Below are positions 38,616 through 47,918 of a DNA stretch of 64,000 nucleotides, one piece after another. The DNA comes from Butyrivibrio sp. GTDB lineage: Bacteria > Bacillota > Clostridia > Lachnospirales > Lachnospiraceae. A program made the position numbers and the translations under genes. The notes below the pieces were generated by a model. The model saw nothing but the letters and a program-made list of their open reading frames with translations, was not told the DNA's origin and ran no database searches. Positions within the stretch are counted from its first letter, which is position 1. Each line of letters begins with the position of its first letter. The DNA lies in contig JAILPB010000129.1 in NCBI GenBank assembly GCA_024690485.1, forward strand, positions 4,380-68,379. Reading direction: 5' to 3'.

Positions 38616-40025
38616 TTATCTGGCACCTCTTCCAAATAAAACAACGCCAACTGTCTTAATAAGAATTCTGATGTCCAGTCCCAAAGACCAGTTGTCTATG
38701 TACTGAAGATCAAGCTTTACTACATCATCAAAATCATCGATATCACTTCTTCCGCTTATCTGCCAAAGTCCTGTAAGTCCCGGTGTCATTGAGATTCTGC
38801 GGCGATAGTACTGATTGTATTTCTCAAACTCTCCTTCGGTGGGTGGTCTTGTTCCCACAAGAGACATATCACCCTTTAAGATATTTAAGAACTGAGGAAG
38901 CTCATCAATACTGGTCTTTCTGATGAAGTTACCAACCTTGGTTACTCTAGGGTCATCCTTCATCTTGAACATAAGACCTTCCATCTCATTTTGAGACTCA
39001 AGTTTTTTCTTCTGCTCCTCAGCGTCCTGTCTCATACTTCTGAATTTGTAGATCTGGAATCGTCTTCCGTTTCTACCGATTCTTGTCTGTGAAAAGAACA
39101 CGGGACCCGGAGAATCAATTTTGATCGCAAGAGCAACAAAAGGTGTAACCACTGCAGTAATCGCAAGTCCAACTAAAGCTCCCAGGATATCCATGATCCT
39201 CTTAAGTACAAGCGCTCTGTATCTCCCTGTTCCGTTAATATATGACACTACTGAGTAAGTTCCGAAGGTTCCTATGGAAGTACTTCCGGCAATTCCCGGA
39301 AGTTCAACGCAGTAGTGAACCGTAACACCCATATCCCCAAAGGCTTCAATTGTCTTATTAAGCTCGGTCTGACTGATGTTAGGAGTGTGGATAAATACTT
39401 CATCCAGCGGAAGTCCCGTAACCACATCAATGAGATTGTTTCTGTTAGCAATAACATCAACGCCTCTTATGACCTCTCCTGTCATATCCTCATCAAGGCA
39501 TACTGCTCCGACAATTGAATAATCCATTTCAATTCTATGCTGAAGATGTCTGATTGTAGGCATAAGGATTTCTTTTTCAGAAACCACAAGGAGCTTAATG
39601 GCTGTATCGCCGCTACTCCAGTAGTGCTTGAGCATTCCCTTTAAGACCTGATGGACAACAAGCATAAGCACCATATTTATGCCTGTAAAGTAAAGCATTA
39701 CCAAACGGGAGAACTGCTCAGCAAGCTGTACCATGTAGGCAACAGCTATGGTTCCAAGGATCAATGCCACATGGAATTTAAATATGGCAGTGCCTTCCTT
39801 CCAGACCGTTCTTTTCACAAAATCTCTGTTGTAATCAAGAGCGAATGTATAGACAGTTCCCACGAGCATAAATACAAGGCATATATAAAAATGCAGAGAT
39901 TTATCTCTCATGTCCCTGAAGTTAAAATAACGAAAATATGTGGCGATCAAAAATGACAGAGCAATTGATGCCATGTCAACCGCCCACAGTATGTAGTTAA
40001 GAAAGTATTTGTTCTTTCCTCGCAC
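38616..40025 (-). CDS. Priming phosphoglycosyl transferase, large WbaP/CpsE type
   Basis: N-terminal TMs, then KRIMDI, YKFRSM, DDPRVTKVG, SIDELPQF, MSLVGTRP, PGLTGLWQ, DLQYIDNWS. Start moved to GTG 40025 behind GGAGG. Confidence 0.93.
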   Translation of the reverse strand: MRGKNKYFLNYILWAVDMASIALSFLIATYFRYFNFRDMRDKSLHFYICLVFMLVGTVYTFALDYNRDFVKRTVWKEGTAIFKFHVALILGTIAVAYMVQLAEQFSRLVMLYFTGINMVLMLVVHQVLKGMLKHYWSSGDTAIKLLVVSEKEILMPTIRHLQHRIEMDYSIVGAVCLDEDMTGEVIRGVDVIANRNNLIDVVTGLPLDEVFIHTPNISQTELNKTIEAFGDMGVTVHYCVELPGIAGSTSIGTFGTYSVVSYINGTGRYRALVLKRIMDILGALVGLAITAVVTPFVALAIKIDSPGPVFFSQTRIGRNGRRFQIYKFRSMRQDAEEQKKKLESQNEMEGLMFKMKDDPRVTKVGNFIRKTSIDELPQFLNILKGDMSLVGTRPPTEGEFEKYNQYYRRRISMTPGLTGLWQISGRSDIDDFDDVVKLDLQYIDNWSLGLDIRILIKTVGVVLFGRGAR

Positions 40026-41205
40026 TATTATCCTCCCACTTACTTCCGAGCAGATAAACACCCGCTACGGGAAGCAAGAAATTACGTCCTATATATGACG
40101 ACATAAAGGCCGCCTCAATGATCGTATAAACACTTATTGTTACAAACAGTATAAGTGTAGCATAATCTCTCTTTTTATAAACCCTGTACAAGATCAGGGC
40201 TATAAGAACCAGTATCAGGCATGACGGAATGATTCCGTACCAGTAAAACATTCTGACCCATCCCATATCAAAAAATGAATTGCCGCTAAACTCATTTCCA
40301 AAAAGTGTCCAGGTTTCAAGGGTTCCCTTATGGGTTCTGGTATCCTGATATAAGGACCAGATTCTGCCTGTAAGGAGCTTATCAAGCTTTTTATAGAAGC
40401 TGTGCTTGTCCTTGGCATGAGCACTTATAGCTGCAGCCCATACTGAAAAAGCAACGCAAAATGCAACTACTGCGCTACCCGCTATATAAGTAAAGCGTGC
40501 CTTTCTTAGTCCCTGTGCATAGTGAAGGACTATTGCCATAAGGATTGCAAAACAGTTTATAACCAGTCCCGTCCTTGAATCCGTAAGGAAAAACATGAAC
40601 ACGTTGAGCAAAAGCGCTCCTGCATAGGTAACAAGTCGCCCTATTCCGCTTACTGTAGGTCTCCTTTTTTCAATAACGTAAATAAAAAGAATTATTACTG
40701 CAAAAAGAGCACCATGGAGAGCATTTGGATGTCCAAAGCCAAGAACATACCTGGTCTCTACTCCTGCCTTCCTGCCATAGTCATAAGTAAGTGACAGGTT
40801 ACCAAAAGCTCCTAAAGCTGCGCACATGGCGATTCCAAGAAAACCTGCCAGCGTCACCATAAGATAACTCTTTGAAAGTTTATCAAGATTAACATCTTTA
40901 CTTGCCGCGATAAACATAGCAAACCTAAACAGGTCATTGTTTCCCGTTATCCTATAGCATATAAAAGTAAAGCCAAAGGTCAGTATCAATATGCCCCACT
41001 GCTTCAGGCTATAGGGCGTAAGCAAAACCACCAGAACGCAAAGCAGAAATGTAAGCCTGAACATACCTCTGGGGCTGGATAAAGGGAGATCTGTCTTTTC
41101 ATAGATCATAAGCAAAAGCTCTATTAAAACCACCGCATAATAAATAAAGGTTCTGATCTTCCCAAAGCGCTCTATAAAGTTATTATATTTCTGCAATATA
41201 TTCAC
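39997..41205 (-). CDS. Wzy-like polysaccharide polymerase
   Basis: About 10-11 TMs, R..LGF.HPN, TDSRTG, LTGR, D.G......YG. Confidence 0.65.
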   Translation of the reverse strand: MNILQKYNNFIERFGKIRTFIYYAVVLIELLLMIYEKTDLPLSSPRGMFRLTFLLCVLVVLLTPYSLKQWGILILTFGFTFICYRITGNNDLFRFAMFIAASKDVNLDKLSKSYLMVTLAGFLGIAMCAALGAFGNLSLTYDYGRKAGVETRYVLGFGHPNALHGALFAVIILFIYVIEKRRPTVSGIGRLVTYAGALLLNVFMFFLTDSRTGLVINCFAILMAIVLHYAQGLRKARFTYIAGSAVVAFCVAFSVWAAAISAHAKDKHSFYKKLDKLLTGRIWSLYQDTRTHKGTLETWTLFGNEFSGNSFFDMGWVRMFYWYGIIPSCLILVLIALILYRVYKKRDYATLILFVTISVYTIIEAAFMSSYIGRNFLLPVAGVYLLGSKWEDNSARKEQILS

Positions 41206-41213
41206 TTAAGGAT

Positions 41214-42179
41214 TCACCCCTGTTTTTTCTTTCCAAATCCCAGTTCTCTAAGAATCTTGTGATATGCTTTTCTGCAAAATCTGCCCGCAGTAATATCAAA
41301 CTTATGAGTAAAAGTCATCCAAGGTGTAATCTTTGGCATATATAAATGCCTGTATTCATCAAGATGCTCTCTAAGGTAAGCAGGGTAAGTATCATCAACC
41401 TCCACTCTTCCAAACTTCGCATCTCTCCCGAAGATATCCTGTCCCAGGATCAGATGATCCATGGTCTCAGCAAGGACTTCTCTGTCGTTATACTCCTGAT
41501 GCGCAGCTGCCTTCACCTTAACGCCGATTCTTTTTGCAGGGTTGGTCTCATGGAAGCCCCCCATGTAACCAAAATGCCATCCTCCGTTTTCAACCCGGAC
41601 AGATCTGATGTCAGTTACAGGTACAAGGTCTCTAAGTCTTACTATTCCCTCATCCGGGATATTCTTAATACTGCAAACCTTGGTCCCAAGCCACTTTCTG
41701 TCAGCCTGAGCAATCTCGGGGAATTCCCCTGTTATAGACAGAAGCTTTCCTGACTGCTCTTCCATATTGAGGAAGGCATAGAAGTTTCTCTGAACAAGGT
41801 GATAAACTTTTTCCTTATCAAAATCTTTGATAATCTTCTGCAAAGTCTCGGGATTTGGAATCTCGTCGCAGTCTCCAAAGATTATCACATCATCCTCTGT
41901 GGCATCCTTTAATCCCAAAGTCAGATGGTTCTTTTGAAAATAGTCTCGTTCATGAGTTACCTTAAAATCTCTGTCCTCGTCAACCACAACATACTCGATC
42001 TTGTGAAGAAACTCTGAAAACATCTCCTTGTTTTTTTCAAAGCAAAGCTCCTTCTCCTGACCGGAAAAGGTTGTAGTTGCTTCCTCGATAACAAACTTAT
42101 CCACATATTTATCCAGGATGTTCAGACGAAGCTTTAATATATCAAGTTCATTAAAAAAAGGAATACAATCGTATACCAT
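41214..42179 (-). CDS. Glycosyltransferase family 17 (beta-1,4-GlcNAc transferase III-like)
   Basis: YD...FFNELDIL.LRL..L...VD.FVI.E...TFSG..K, DDVII.GDCDEIP, GGWHF.Y. Confidence 0.8.
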   Translation of the reverse strand: MVYDCIPFFNELDILKLRLNILDKYVDKFVIEEATTTFSGQEKELCFEKNKEMFSEFLHKIEYVVVDEDRDFKVTHERDYFQKNHLTLGLKDATEDDVIIFGDCDEIPNPETLQKIIKDFDKEKVYHLVQRNFYAFLNMEEQSGKLLSITGEFPEIAQADRKWLGTKVCSIKNIPDEGIVRLRDLVPVTDIRSVRVENGGWHFGYMGGFHETNPAKRIGVKVKAAAHQEYNDREVLAETMDHLILGQDIFGRDAKFGRVEVDDTYPAYLREHLDEYRHLYMPKITPWMTFTHKFDITAGRFCRKAYHKILRELGFGKKKQG

Positions 42180-42197
42180 AGGTTTTCGTTTTCTTTC

Positions 42198-42965
42198 TTA
42201 AAAATCACAGCCGTGCTTCTGTTTCCAGCTCTTTGTTTTCCTCCAAAAAAGAAGCGGTCTTACAACTGCCTTAAATCTCTTTTGGGGGCTCATAAACTTG
42301 GGATAATCCGCATTTTCTCCAAGCCACTTATGAAATACAAAGGGCTCTATGCCTTTGTTTTCAGGAAGAGGTTTCTCTCTTCCAAACTTAAGGGCAAGCT
42401 CAAAGGGTGCCCACTTTATTCCCTGCTCTTCCATCTTGTTCTTAAGATAACAGCAAATGAAAATATCCTCATTGTACCTGTCGTCGTAGACTTTTTCCCA
42501 CTTGGCATCAAAATCCACAGGATATCTCATAAGCCTCATAGATCTGATAGATACGGAATTTCCAACTCTGCAGATCTCACCCTTGCTGTCTCTGTAGGCA
42601 TAGTCATTATCAGGAAGAGGCCAGGGTGATCCTATATAGTCATAATCCAGAAATTCATCTCTCCACATCTCCGGATGAATAATGAATCCGTCTGCGTGAA
42701 CAATAAGCGCATAATCTGTCTTAATATGTTCACACAGCTCATAGGTCATCTTGTAGTTAAACTTATCTATACTATCAAGAATTGAAGTGTAGCTGAATCT
42801 GATATCTTTAGGGAGATAAAAAGGTTTTTTATGGGATATAAAAACCACATCTCCAAATTCAATATCTCGCATGCTGTACTTCAATGCCTGAACCGTTTCA
42901 TATACATTCACGCTGGTCATGGCACACAGTGTGACATTTTCAAGCTTTAGCTTTTTATTACTCAT
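42198..42965 (-). CDS. DUF5672 family protein (probable glycosyltransferase)
   Basis: L....DGF, FLDYDYIGSPW, VGN...S.RS, NED.F, F..E, FHK. Confidence 0.75.
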   Translation of the reverse strand: MSNKKLKLENVTLCAMTSVNVYETVQALKYSMRDIEFGDVVFISHKKPFYLPKDIRFSYTSILDSIDKFNYKMTYELCEHIKTDYALIVHADGFIIHPEMWRDEFLDYDYIGSPWPLPDNDYAYRDSKGEICRVGNSVSIRSMRLMRYPVDFDAKWEKVYDDRYNEDIFICCYLKNKMEEQGIKWAPFELALKFGREKPLPENKGIEPFVFHKWLGENADYPKFMSPQKRFKAVVRPLLFWRKTKSWKQKHGCDF

Positions 42966-44035
42966 ATCTCTTTATTTCCAACCACACCATTCTCAGGTTT
43001 CCAGGTTTTGATAATTCCAAGGCGTCTCTCAAGAGACCTCAATATCTTCTTGCTGTAAAAAACTCCGTACAGGCACTTACGTCTGATGACCTGAAGGTAC
43101 ACCATAAACTGCCCGGGCTTTTTATTACGTCTCCTGTAAAGCCTTGATGTTTTCTTATATTCTTCCAGCTCTCTTCTGCATTCTTCCGGCTCAAATATTC
43201 TTCCCTTTTTGTCCTGATAGTGCAGGAAACTGTAAATATTCTGCTCAGAGGACCAGAATCCGTCTGAAATATTATGTCTTGCCCAGTACTTAGGAGCTAT
43301 TGCATATTTAAGCTCCGTATTGCAGATGACCGGCATTATTGCAAAGGATGAATTAGACAGTATAAGATATCTTGCATTCTTAAGTGTCACATAGTCCTTG
43401 CCCATATCAAAGTGATGGCACTCGTACTCAGGTAAAACCTTTTTAGCCGCTTCTTCATCCTCGGTAACAACCATGAACTTCATGTCAGGGTTTATCTTTT
43501 TCATGTTCTTAATAGCATTTAAAAAGTATTTCCTGTCAAGATAAAGCTCCGGATGATCAGTATATTCACCGCCTCTGATATTTATAATGCAGATATCATC
43601 TGCGGTATACTCATAGGACTCAGCTTCAGGCTTTACATGAAGCCAGTTTCTTATCTCATCTCGATACTTCTCAAAATAGCTCTCATCCTGGAGATTGCCG
43701 TAAATAAGAGTATTGTCCTCTATATCAAAAAGTCTCTTATCCGCACCGCTAATGTAACATCCATTACTCATATCATGTCTGGAGTTACCCATATAGAGGC
43801 GGTCATCCTGCTCGTGGAAAAGAGTGTACTTATCTCTATCCTCCGCAGGAATCTCCGTTCCAAGATCGATGTCCATGAAATACATTCCTCTGTTGGAATG
43901 AAAGACATTTCCCACCTGTCCCGGATTTATGCAGCCAAAATCACAGCCCTTTTCCAATGCCATGCATCTTGCAGTGACATAGAAAAAAAGCTGATTTCCA
44001 AGGCCATATCCTTTTATAAATTCTGTTCCGATCAT
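42962..44035 (-). CDS. Divergent GT11-like glycosyltransferase
   Basis: GLGNQLF, G..Q.E.YF, INIRGGEY (in place of HxRRGDY), SNSSF, IAPKYW. Confidence 0.7.
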   Translation of the reverse strand: MIGTEFIKGYGLGNQLFFYVTARCMALEKGCDFGCINPGQVGNVFHSNRGMYFMDIDLGTEIPAEDRDKYTLFHEQDDRLYMGNSRHDMSNGCYISGADKRLFDIEDNTLIYGNLQDESYFEKYRDEIRNWLHVKPEAESYEYTADDICIINIRGGEYTDHPELYLDRKYFLNAIKNMKKINPDMKFMVVTEDEEAAKKVLPEYECHHFDMGKDYVTLKNARYLILSNSSFAIMPVICNTELKYAIAPKYWARHNISDGFWSSEQNIYSFLHYQDKKGRIFEPEECRRELEEYKKTSRLYRRRNKKPGQFMVYLQVIRRKCLYGVFYSKKILRSLERRLGIIKTWKPENGVVGNKEI

Positions 44036-44050
44036 GTAAAAATCCTAATC

Positions 44051-45868
44051 TTAGTTTACTGATTTCAGTATTGTTTTTCCTTCAAGGCTGGAAGCCATAA
44101 TCTTCTCATCCTTAACCTCATAGATGATATCACACTTCTCAATAGTATTGAGTCTGTGCGCAATTATAACCATGGTCTTCTTGCCGTGGAAGCTATTAAT
44201 AGCCTCCATTACAGCTGCCTCTGTCTCGTTATCAAGGGCACTGGTTGCTTCATCAAATACCAGAATCTCAGGGTTATGATACAAAGCTCTTGCAATACCG
44301 ATTCTCTGTCTCTGTCCACCGGAAAGTCTTACACCTCTGTCACCAATCCTTGTATCTAGACCTTCGGGAAGAGTCCTTATGAAGTCTGCAAGCTGAGCTT
44401 CCTCACATACCTCCCAAATTCTGTCATCATCTATTTCCTTAGCATCAATACCAAAGGCAATGTTGTCTCTTATTGACTCATCTACAAGGTAGATACTCTG
44501 AGGAATATAACCTATCTGTGCAAGCCATGACTCATAATTACTGAAAATGTTCTGACCATCACAGAGTATTTCTCCTGACTTTACATGCAAAAGTCCAAGA
44601 AGAACGTCCACAATCGTGGACTTACCTGCGCCTGAAGATCCCATGATACCTACTGACTTACCCTTAGGCACGACCATTTCGGCATCTGTAAAGATGTTCT
44701 TATCTGCATCAGGATATGCAAATGTAATGTTCTTAAGTTCAATCTTGTCATTAAGCTTAAGAGGCGGTCCTGCGATCGCACTTCTTACAGCTTCCATCTT
44801 CTTATCCATCTTCATGGTATCTGTAAGATTGGTGTATACATAGTTAAGGCTGGGTTCCTCGTAAGCTATCTCAGTAATGTATGTATTAATTCTGTTGGCA
44901 CTGGGCATAAGTCTTACTGCTGCCACACCAAAGGCTGTGAGCTGAGTCATAAGGAGTTTTGGATCTCCGCCTCTCATGATATATACCATGATAAAGAAGA
45001 GAACGGTTCCCATGAAAACAGTCTCAATAAGGAGTCTTGGAAGGTTGTTGAGCACTGTGTAATCTCTTGCAGTCTCAGCACCGATTTTTCCTGATTCATA
45101 ATAATTCTTGATAAAAAAGTCCTGTCTGTTTAATACCTTAACGTCCTTAAGACCATAAATAGCCTGAATACGCCACTTTGCTATACGGGACTGGATATTC
45201 TGATTCTTCTTACCGATAGCGTTCATTTTAGGCTTTATCAGCCTGGTGCTAAGGAGAGTCATTCCGCCAAGGACCACGATAATAAGAACTGCCATCACCC
45301 AGTTGGTATATACAAGATATATTCCAAGGAACAGCGAAACCACAAGCTCTGTTGCAAGGCCAAGGATAGCAAGCATTAGTGAGAACATATGCGGGATATC
45401 ACTGTCGGTAATTCTAAATACTGTAGGTATATCTGCTCCAAGGTAATCCTCGTAAGGTCTGTTCAAAAACTCACGCATAACCCTTGAGATCATATCGTTT
45501 CGGGTTCTTGCAATGAAAGTATTCTGAACATAAGTCAGATATAACAGATATGCATTCTTAACAATGTAAATGATAATAAGGGATAGCAGGATTGCACATA
45601 TCTGCTTTTTATCAGTATCAAGTCCCAATCCGTAGACAATCTTTGCAACAAGCGGGATCTTCTCAACCCATTCATGAAGAGATGTGGGATCAAGAATAAC
45701 TGAAACCACCGGCACAAGAGTTGCCACACCGATGGTCTCAAATACACCACCGATCAGGATCATAACTGCCAGAACTACCAGATACTTCTTTTGTTTCTTA
45801 TCGAAAATATAATTGATCTTGTTGAAAATACTGAGCTTTTCAACATCTGTTTCATTTTGGTTACCCAA
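44051..45868 (-). CDS. ABC transporter, fused TMD-NBD, PglK/Wzk-type flippase (paralog of 17002 gene)
   Basis: GSSGAGKS, LSGGQRQR, DEATSALD; PRLLIE and RLMPSANRI; TTG start after AGGAG. Confidence 0.85.
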   Translation of the reverse strand: MGNQNETDVEKLSIFNKINYIFDKKQKKYLVVLAVMILIGGVFETIGVATLVPVVSVILDPTSLHEWVEKIPLVAKIVYGLGLDTDKKQICAILLSLIIIYIVKNAYLLYLTYVQNTFIARTRNDMISRVMREFLNRPYEDYLGADIPTVFRITDSDIPHMFSLMLAILGLATELVVSLFLGIYLVYTNWVMAVLIIVVLGGMTLLSTRLIKPKMNAIGKKNQNIQSRIAKWRIQAIYGLKDVKVLNRQDFFIKNYYESGKIGAETARDYTVLNNLPRLLIETVFMGTVLFFIMVYIMRGGDPKLLMTQLTAFGVAAVRLMPSANRINTYITEIAYEEPSLNYVYTNLTDTMKMDKKMEAVRSAIAGPPLKLNDKIELKNITFAYPDADKNIFTDAEMVVPKGKSVGIMGSSGAGKSTIVDVLLGLLHVKSGEILCDGQNIFSNYESWLAQIGYIPQSIYLVDESIRDNIAFGIDAKEIDDDRIWEVCEEAQLADFIRTLPEGLDTRIGDRGVRLSGGQRQRIGIARALYHNPEILVFDEATSALDNETEAAVMEAINSFHGKKTMVIIAHRLNTIEKCDIIYEVKDEKIMASSLEGKTILKSVN

Positions 45869-45888
45869 ATTTATAACTCCTTTTTTAC

Positions 45889-46758
45889 TTATACTTTGAT
45901 CATTCTCTCTGTATAAATATCATTGTTTTCTTTATTGTTAAGCCACCTTGTGGGAACAAGAACTGTCTTTTGCGGATCATCATTCATCCATGCACTCCAC
46001 CAGCTATAGCTTGAATTAGCCAGAATATGGTGCTTGCACAGACTCATCAATAGAAGGTCTGCAGCATCCTCATTCTCTTCCTGAGTGTCAACCATGTGGA
46101 ATCTCTCGCCGGATACGTTCTCGTTGCACCATTCCTTATCACTGGTAAACACAAAGAATTCCACATCCGGATACATTGAAAGCATCTTCTCAATAGCTCT
46201 CTTGTAATAATCCGTATCACAGATTCCGCCAAAGGTCTCAACTACGCCGGGCTCAAGGTAATCGCCTCTGCGCACATGAATACTTACTGATTCTGTCTGA
46301 GTGATCTGTCTGTAGAGCTCCCAGGACGCAGGTGAAGTAAACACCTCATCAGGCTTTAATGTAAAATCCTTTCTGAGCTGCTCAATTACATCTTTATCCG
46401 TAAAATACTTATCTGACTGGAAATAACCATTAAGATAAGCCTCTTCCATTTCCAGAACAGACTTATCAAAGCTACCTGTATTCTCTATATACTCCTTGGA
46501 ATGTCTTCCAAAAAGCTTTCTCTTAATACGGCTAAGCAGATCCATATGTGCATCTGTTACTTCCACGATTTCAGAATTATCGGCCTTATCATAGGTAATT
46601 CCAAAGATGTCATTTAATGCCGGATCTCTCTGCTTGTCATCCACAAAGCCATTCACATCATCGATCTTAACTTTTTTTCCAAGGGCCTTAAGTTGTAAGT
46701 AAAGCGCGTACTGAAACATCTGGTTTCCAAGTCCGCCCTTCAATCTGATTATTATCAT
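45889..46758 (-). CDS. Alpha-1,2-fucosyltransferase family (GT11)
   Basis: GGLGNQMFQYA, GYFQS.KYF, SIHVRRGDY, ANSSYSWW.A. Confidence 0.92.
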   Translation of the reverse strand: MIIIRLKGGLGNQMFQYALYLQLKALGKKVKIDDVNGFVDDKQRDPALNDIFGITYDKADNSEIVEVTDAHMDLLSRIKRKLFGRHSKEYIENTGSFDKSVLEMEEAYLNGYFQSDKYFTDKDVIEQLRKDFTLKPDEVFTSPASWELYRQITQTESVSIHVRRGDYLEPGVVETFGGICDTDYYKRAIEKMLSMYPDVEFFVFTSDKEWCNENVSGERFHMVDTQEENEDAADLLLMSLCKHHILANSSYSWWSAWMNDDPQKTVLVPTRWLNNKENNDIYTERMIKV

Positions 46759-47903
46759 CTCTTCTTGTTTTTCCCCCTTATTTTTTGCCTTAGCGGCAGA
46801 ACAAATCCGTCATTAACATCCATAAACATATCGTATAGCTTAGGGTGCTTTAAAAATAATTCCATTCTCATTTTCTGGTGAGGATTTGCTATATCGCAGC
46901 TGAAAATCCTGTACATCTGGTCTGCACAGGTTCTTATCTCTCTCGCCAGGGGCTCCATATATTTCTTAAGCTCTCCGGTCTCATCACGCCTTGCTTCAGT
47001 GTACAGTAAAAGAAGCTTTTTATATACAAGATAATCATGACTTCTTGCAAGGTCAGCTCTTCCTATTATCTCAAGGAATCTGCTCCTCTCATGATATGAC
47101 GGAATCTGCTCTGTTATTATCTGCTGTCTGAGCGTAGTGCTCATAATTCCGCCTTTTCTGTTTATTATATAATGATACAAAGGCGTGTCAACATAAGCCG
47201 CCGTGTCCACAGCAGCAAGGACTTTTACTGAAAAGAGAATGTCCTCGTAGTATCTCTGATTAGGAAACTGATTCTCCAAAAGTGTCTCTCTCTTGTAGAG
47301 TTTGTTCCATGGAGCATTTCTAATAACAATCTCTTCCGACTCCTCAACATACTTTGTCAAAAGTTCATCCTTTGTGAGCTTTATTACAAGTCCGCTACGG
47401 GGTGCTTCTTCCCTTACAGTCTTTTTTTCTTTTATTGTAATGAGTCCTTTTTTCTCCTCAATACTTGCTGTATCAAGGCTTCCCTCATCATCCTCAAAAT
47501 ATCTGCACACAGACATATCTGCCCCAGTCTTTTTAAGGGCATATAAGAGATATTCATACATGATGGGATCTACATAATCATCTCCGTCCACAAAGGTCAC
47601 ATACTCTCCCTTTGCCTCCGTTATTCCCATATTTCTTGCAACGGCAGGTCCGCCGTTATTCTGATGTATAACTCTTATTCTGGAATCCAGAGTAGCATAA
47701 TGATCGCATATGGCACCTGTATTATCCCTAGCCCCATCATCAATCAGTATTATCTCCAGATTCTTATATGTCTGATTTATTATGGATTCTATGCATCTTG
47801 GAAGAAATCTCTCAACGTTATAGCAGGAAACCGCCACTGTTATGAGGTCTTTCTGCTCCGAAAGAGGAATCCCCTCCATATAGAAATCTTCTAATCTCTC
47901 CAA
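46755..47903 (-). CDS. Glycosyltransferase family 2
   Basis: CYNVE, QTY.NLEIILIDDG, ARN.G, FVDGDD, PWNKLY, YYED; TTG start. Confidence 0.9.
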   Translation of the reverse strand: MERLEDFYMEGIPLSEQKDLITVAVSCYNVERFLPRCIESIINQTYKNLEIILIDDGARDNTGAICDHYATLDSRIRVIHQNNGGPAVARNMGITEAKGEYVTFVDGDDYVDPIMYEYLLYALKKTGADMSVCRYFEDDEGSLDTASIEEKKGLITIKEKKTVREEAPRSGLVIKLTKDELLTKYVEESEEIVIRNAPWNKLYKRETLLENQFPNQRYYEDILFSVKVLAAVDTAAYVDTPLYHYIINRKGGIMSTTLRQQIITEQIPSYHERSRFLEIIGRADLARSHDYLVYKKLLLLYTEARRDETGELKKYMEPLAREIRTCADQMYRIFSCDIANPHQKMRMELFLKHPKLYDMFMDVNDGFVLPLRQKIRGKNKKR

Positions 47904-47918
47904 AACTTACCACCTATC

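Noticed and set aside
10121-43989. A7/T7 homopolymer runs (near 10121, 38264, 42153, 43983) as phase-variation tracts
   Set aside because: Short A/T runs are expected in AT-rich DNA; no long G/C tracts or frameshifted genes were seen.
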